From Guillardia theta CCMP2712 (taxonomy: Eukaryota > Protista > Cryptophyta): a stretch of 64,000 nucleotides of DNA. The stretch lies in contig NW_005434589.1 in NCBI RefSeq assembly GCF_000315625.1, positions 137,330 through 201,329 of the forward strand, in the 5' to 3' direction. Numbering within the stretch: position 1 is the first letter of the stretch; the number at the start of each line of letters is the position of its first letter. The translations under genes were made by a program, and so were the position numbers. Below are positions 63,596 to 64,000 of this stretch, piece by piece. The notes beneath the pieces are model-generated. The model saw only the letters and a list, made by a program, of their open reading frames with translations, was not told the origin of the DNA and made no database searches.

Positions 63596-64000
63596 GGATT
63601 ATTCGTCTGCTGTCTCATCCTCTAATTCGCTCTCCACCATCGCCGACGTCGCTCTAATGATACTAGTTCACTGCTGGACTGCACGTGTACTGCATGCAAG
63701 GCAAGCAAACTATTGCGAATAGAATGGCTGTACAACATATATTTTAAATATATATACATTTTATATATGCATTTAAAGTGCAATACAAAATTTCTAAATA
63801 TATATACAATATTGAGGGCACCAGCCGTACCCAGTACATAAACTTCAAAAATGTATTATAAAAACATTATTTTGTACCAATTGAATCGGTTATTTTAGCT
63901 TTATATTAGTATTTATATCAAGCCTGGTAAGGGGCAAAAAGGAAACCATATGGAGAGGCGAGGAAGAGGATGAGGAAGACGAAGAGAGAGATAGACATGC

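Overview
Eukaryotic nuclear DNA, gene-dense, with many short (about 40-60 nt) GT-AG introns, microsatellites and one 100-N assembly gap. A signal peptide followed by Phe (CSG|FAP) on one protein suggests an alga with a complex red-derived plastid, probably a cryptophyte (inference). Recognisable genes from left to right: UMP synthase (OPRT-OMPDC fusion, -), UBL5/Hub1 (+), glutaminyl cyclase (+), a repeat-rich gene-poor stretch (about 7.8-12.3 kb), a DUF1415 protein with a plastid-type presequence (-), an ionotropic glutamate receptor-like channel (-), a PA-like/ARM/C2 protein (+), a small TM+SHOCT protein (-), a giant gene (-), a Kelch-repeat protein (-), a divergent-UBL-RPS27a fusion (+) and a DUS1-like tRNA dihydrouridine synthase (-). 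The main feature is the giant gene. The four large minus-strand ORFs (24.2-58.0 kb) join through canonical short introns into one secreted protein of about 11,100 aa. Its predicted order is: signal peptide, many copies of an unnamed beta-sandwich repeat, EGF, IPT/TIG, His-rich segment, FN3, EPTP/EAR propeller, FN3 and IPT arrays, polycystin-type REJ and GPS. It then ends in two LysM domains where polycystins and adhesion GPCRs have their membrane region. All domain calls are by-eye motif recognition, not database results.
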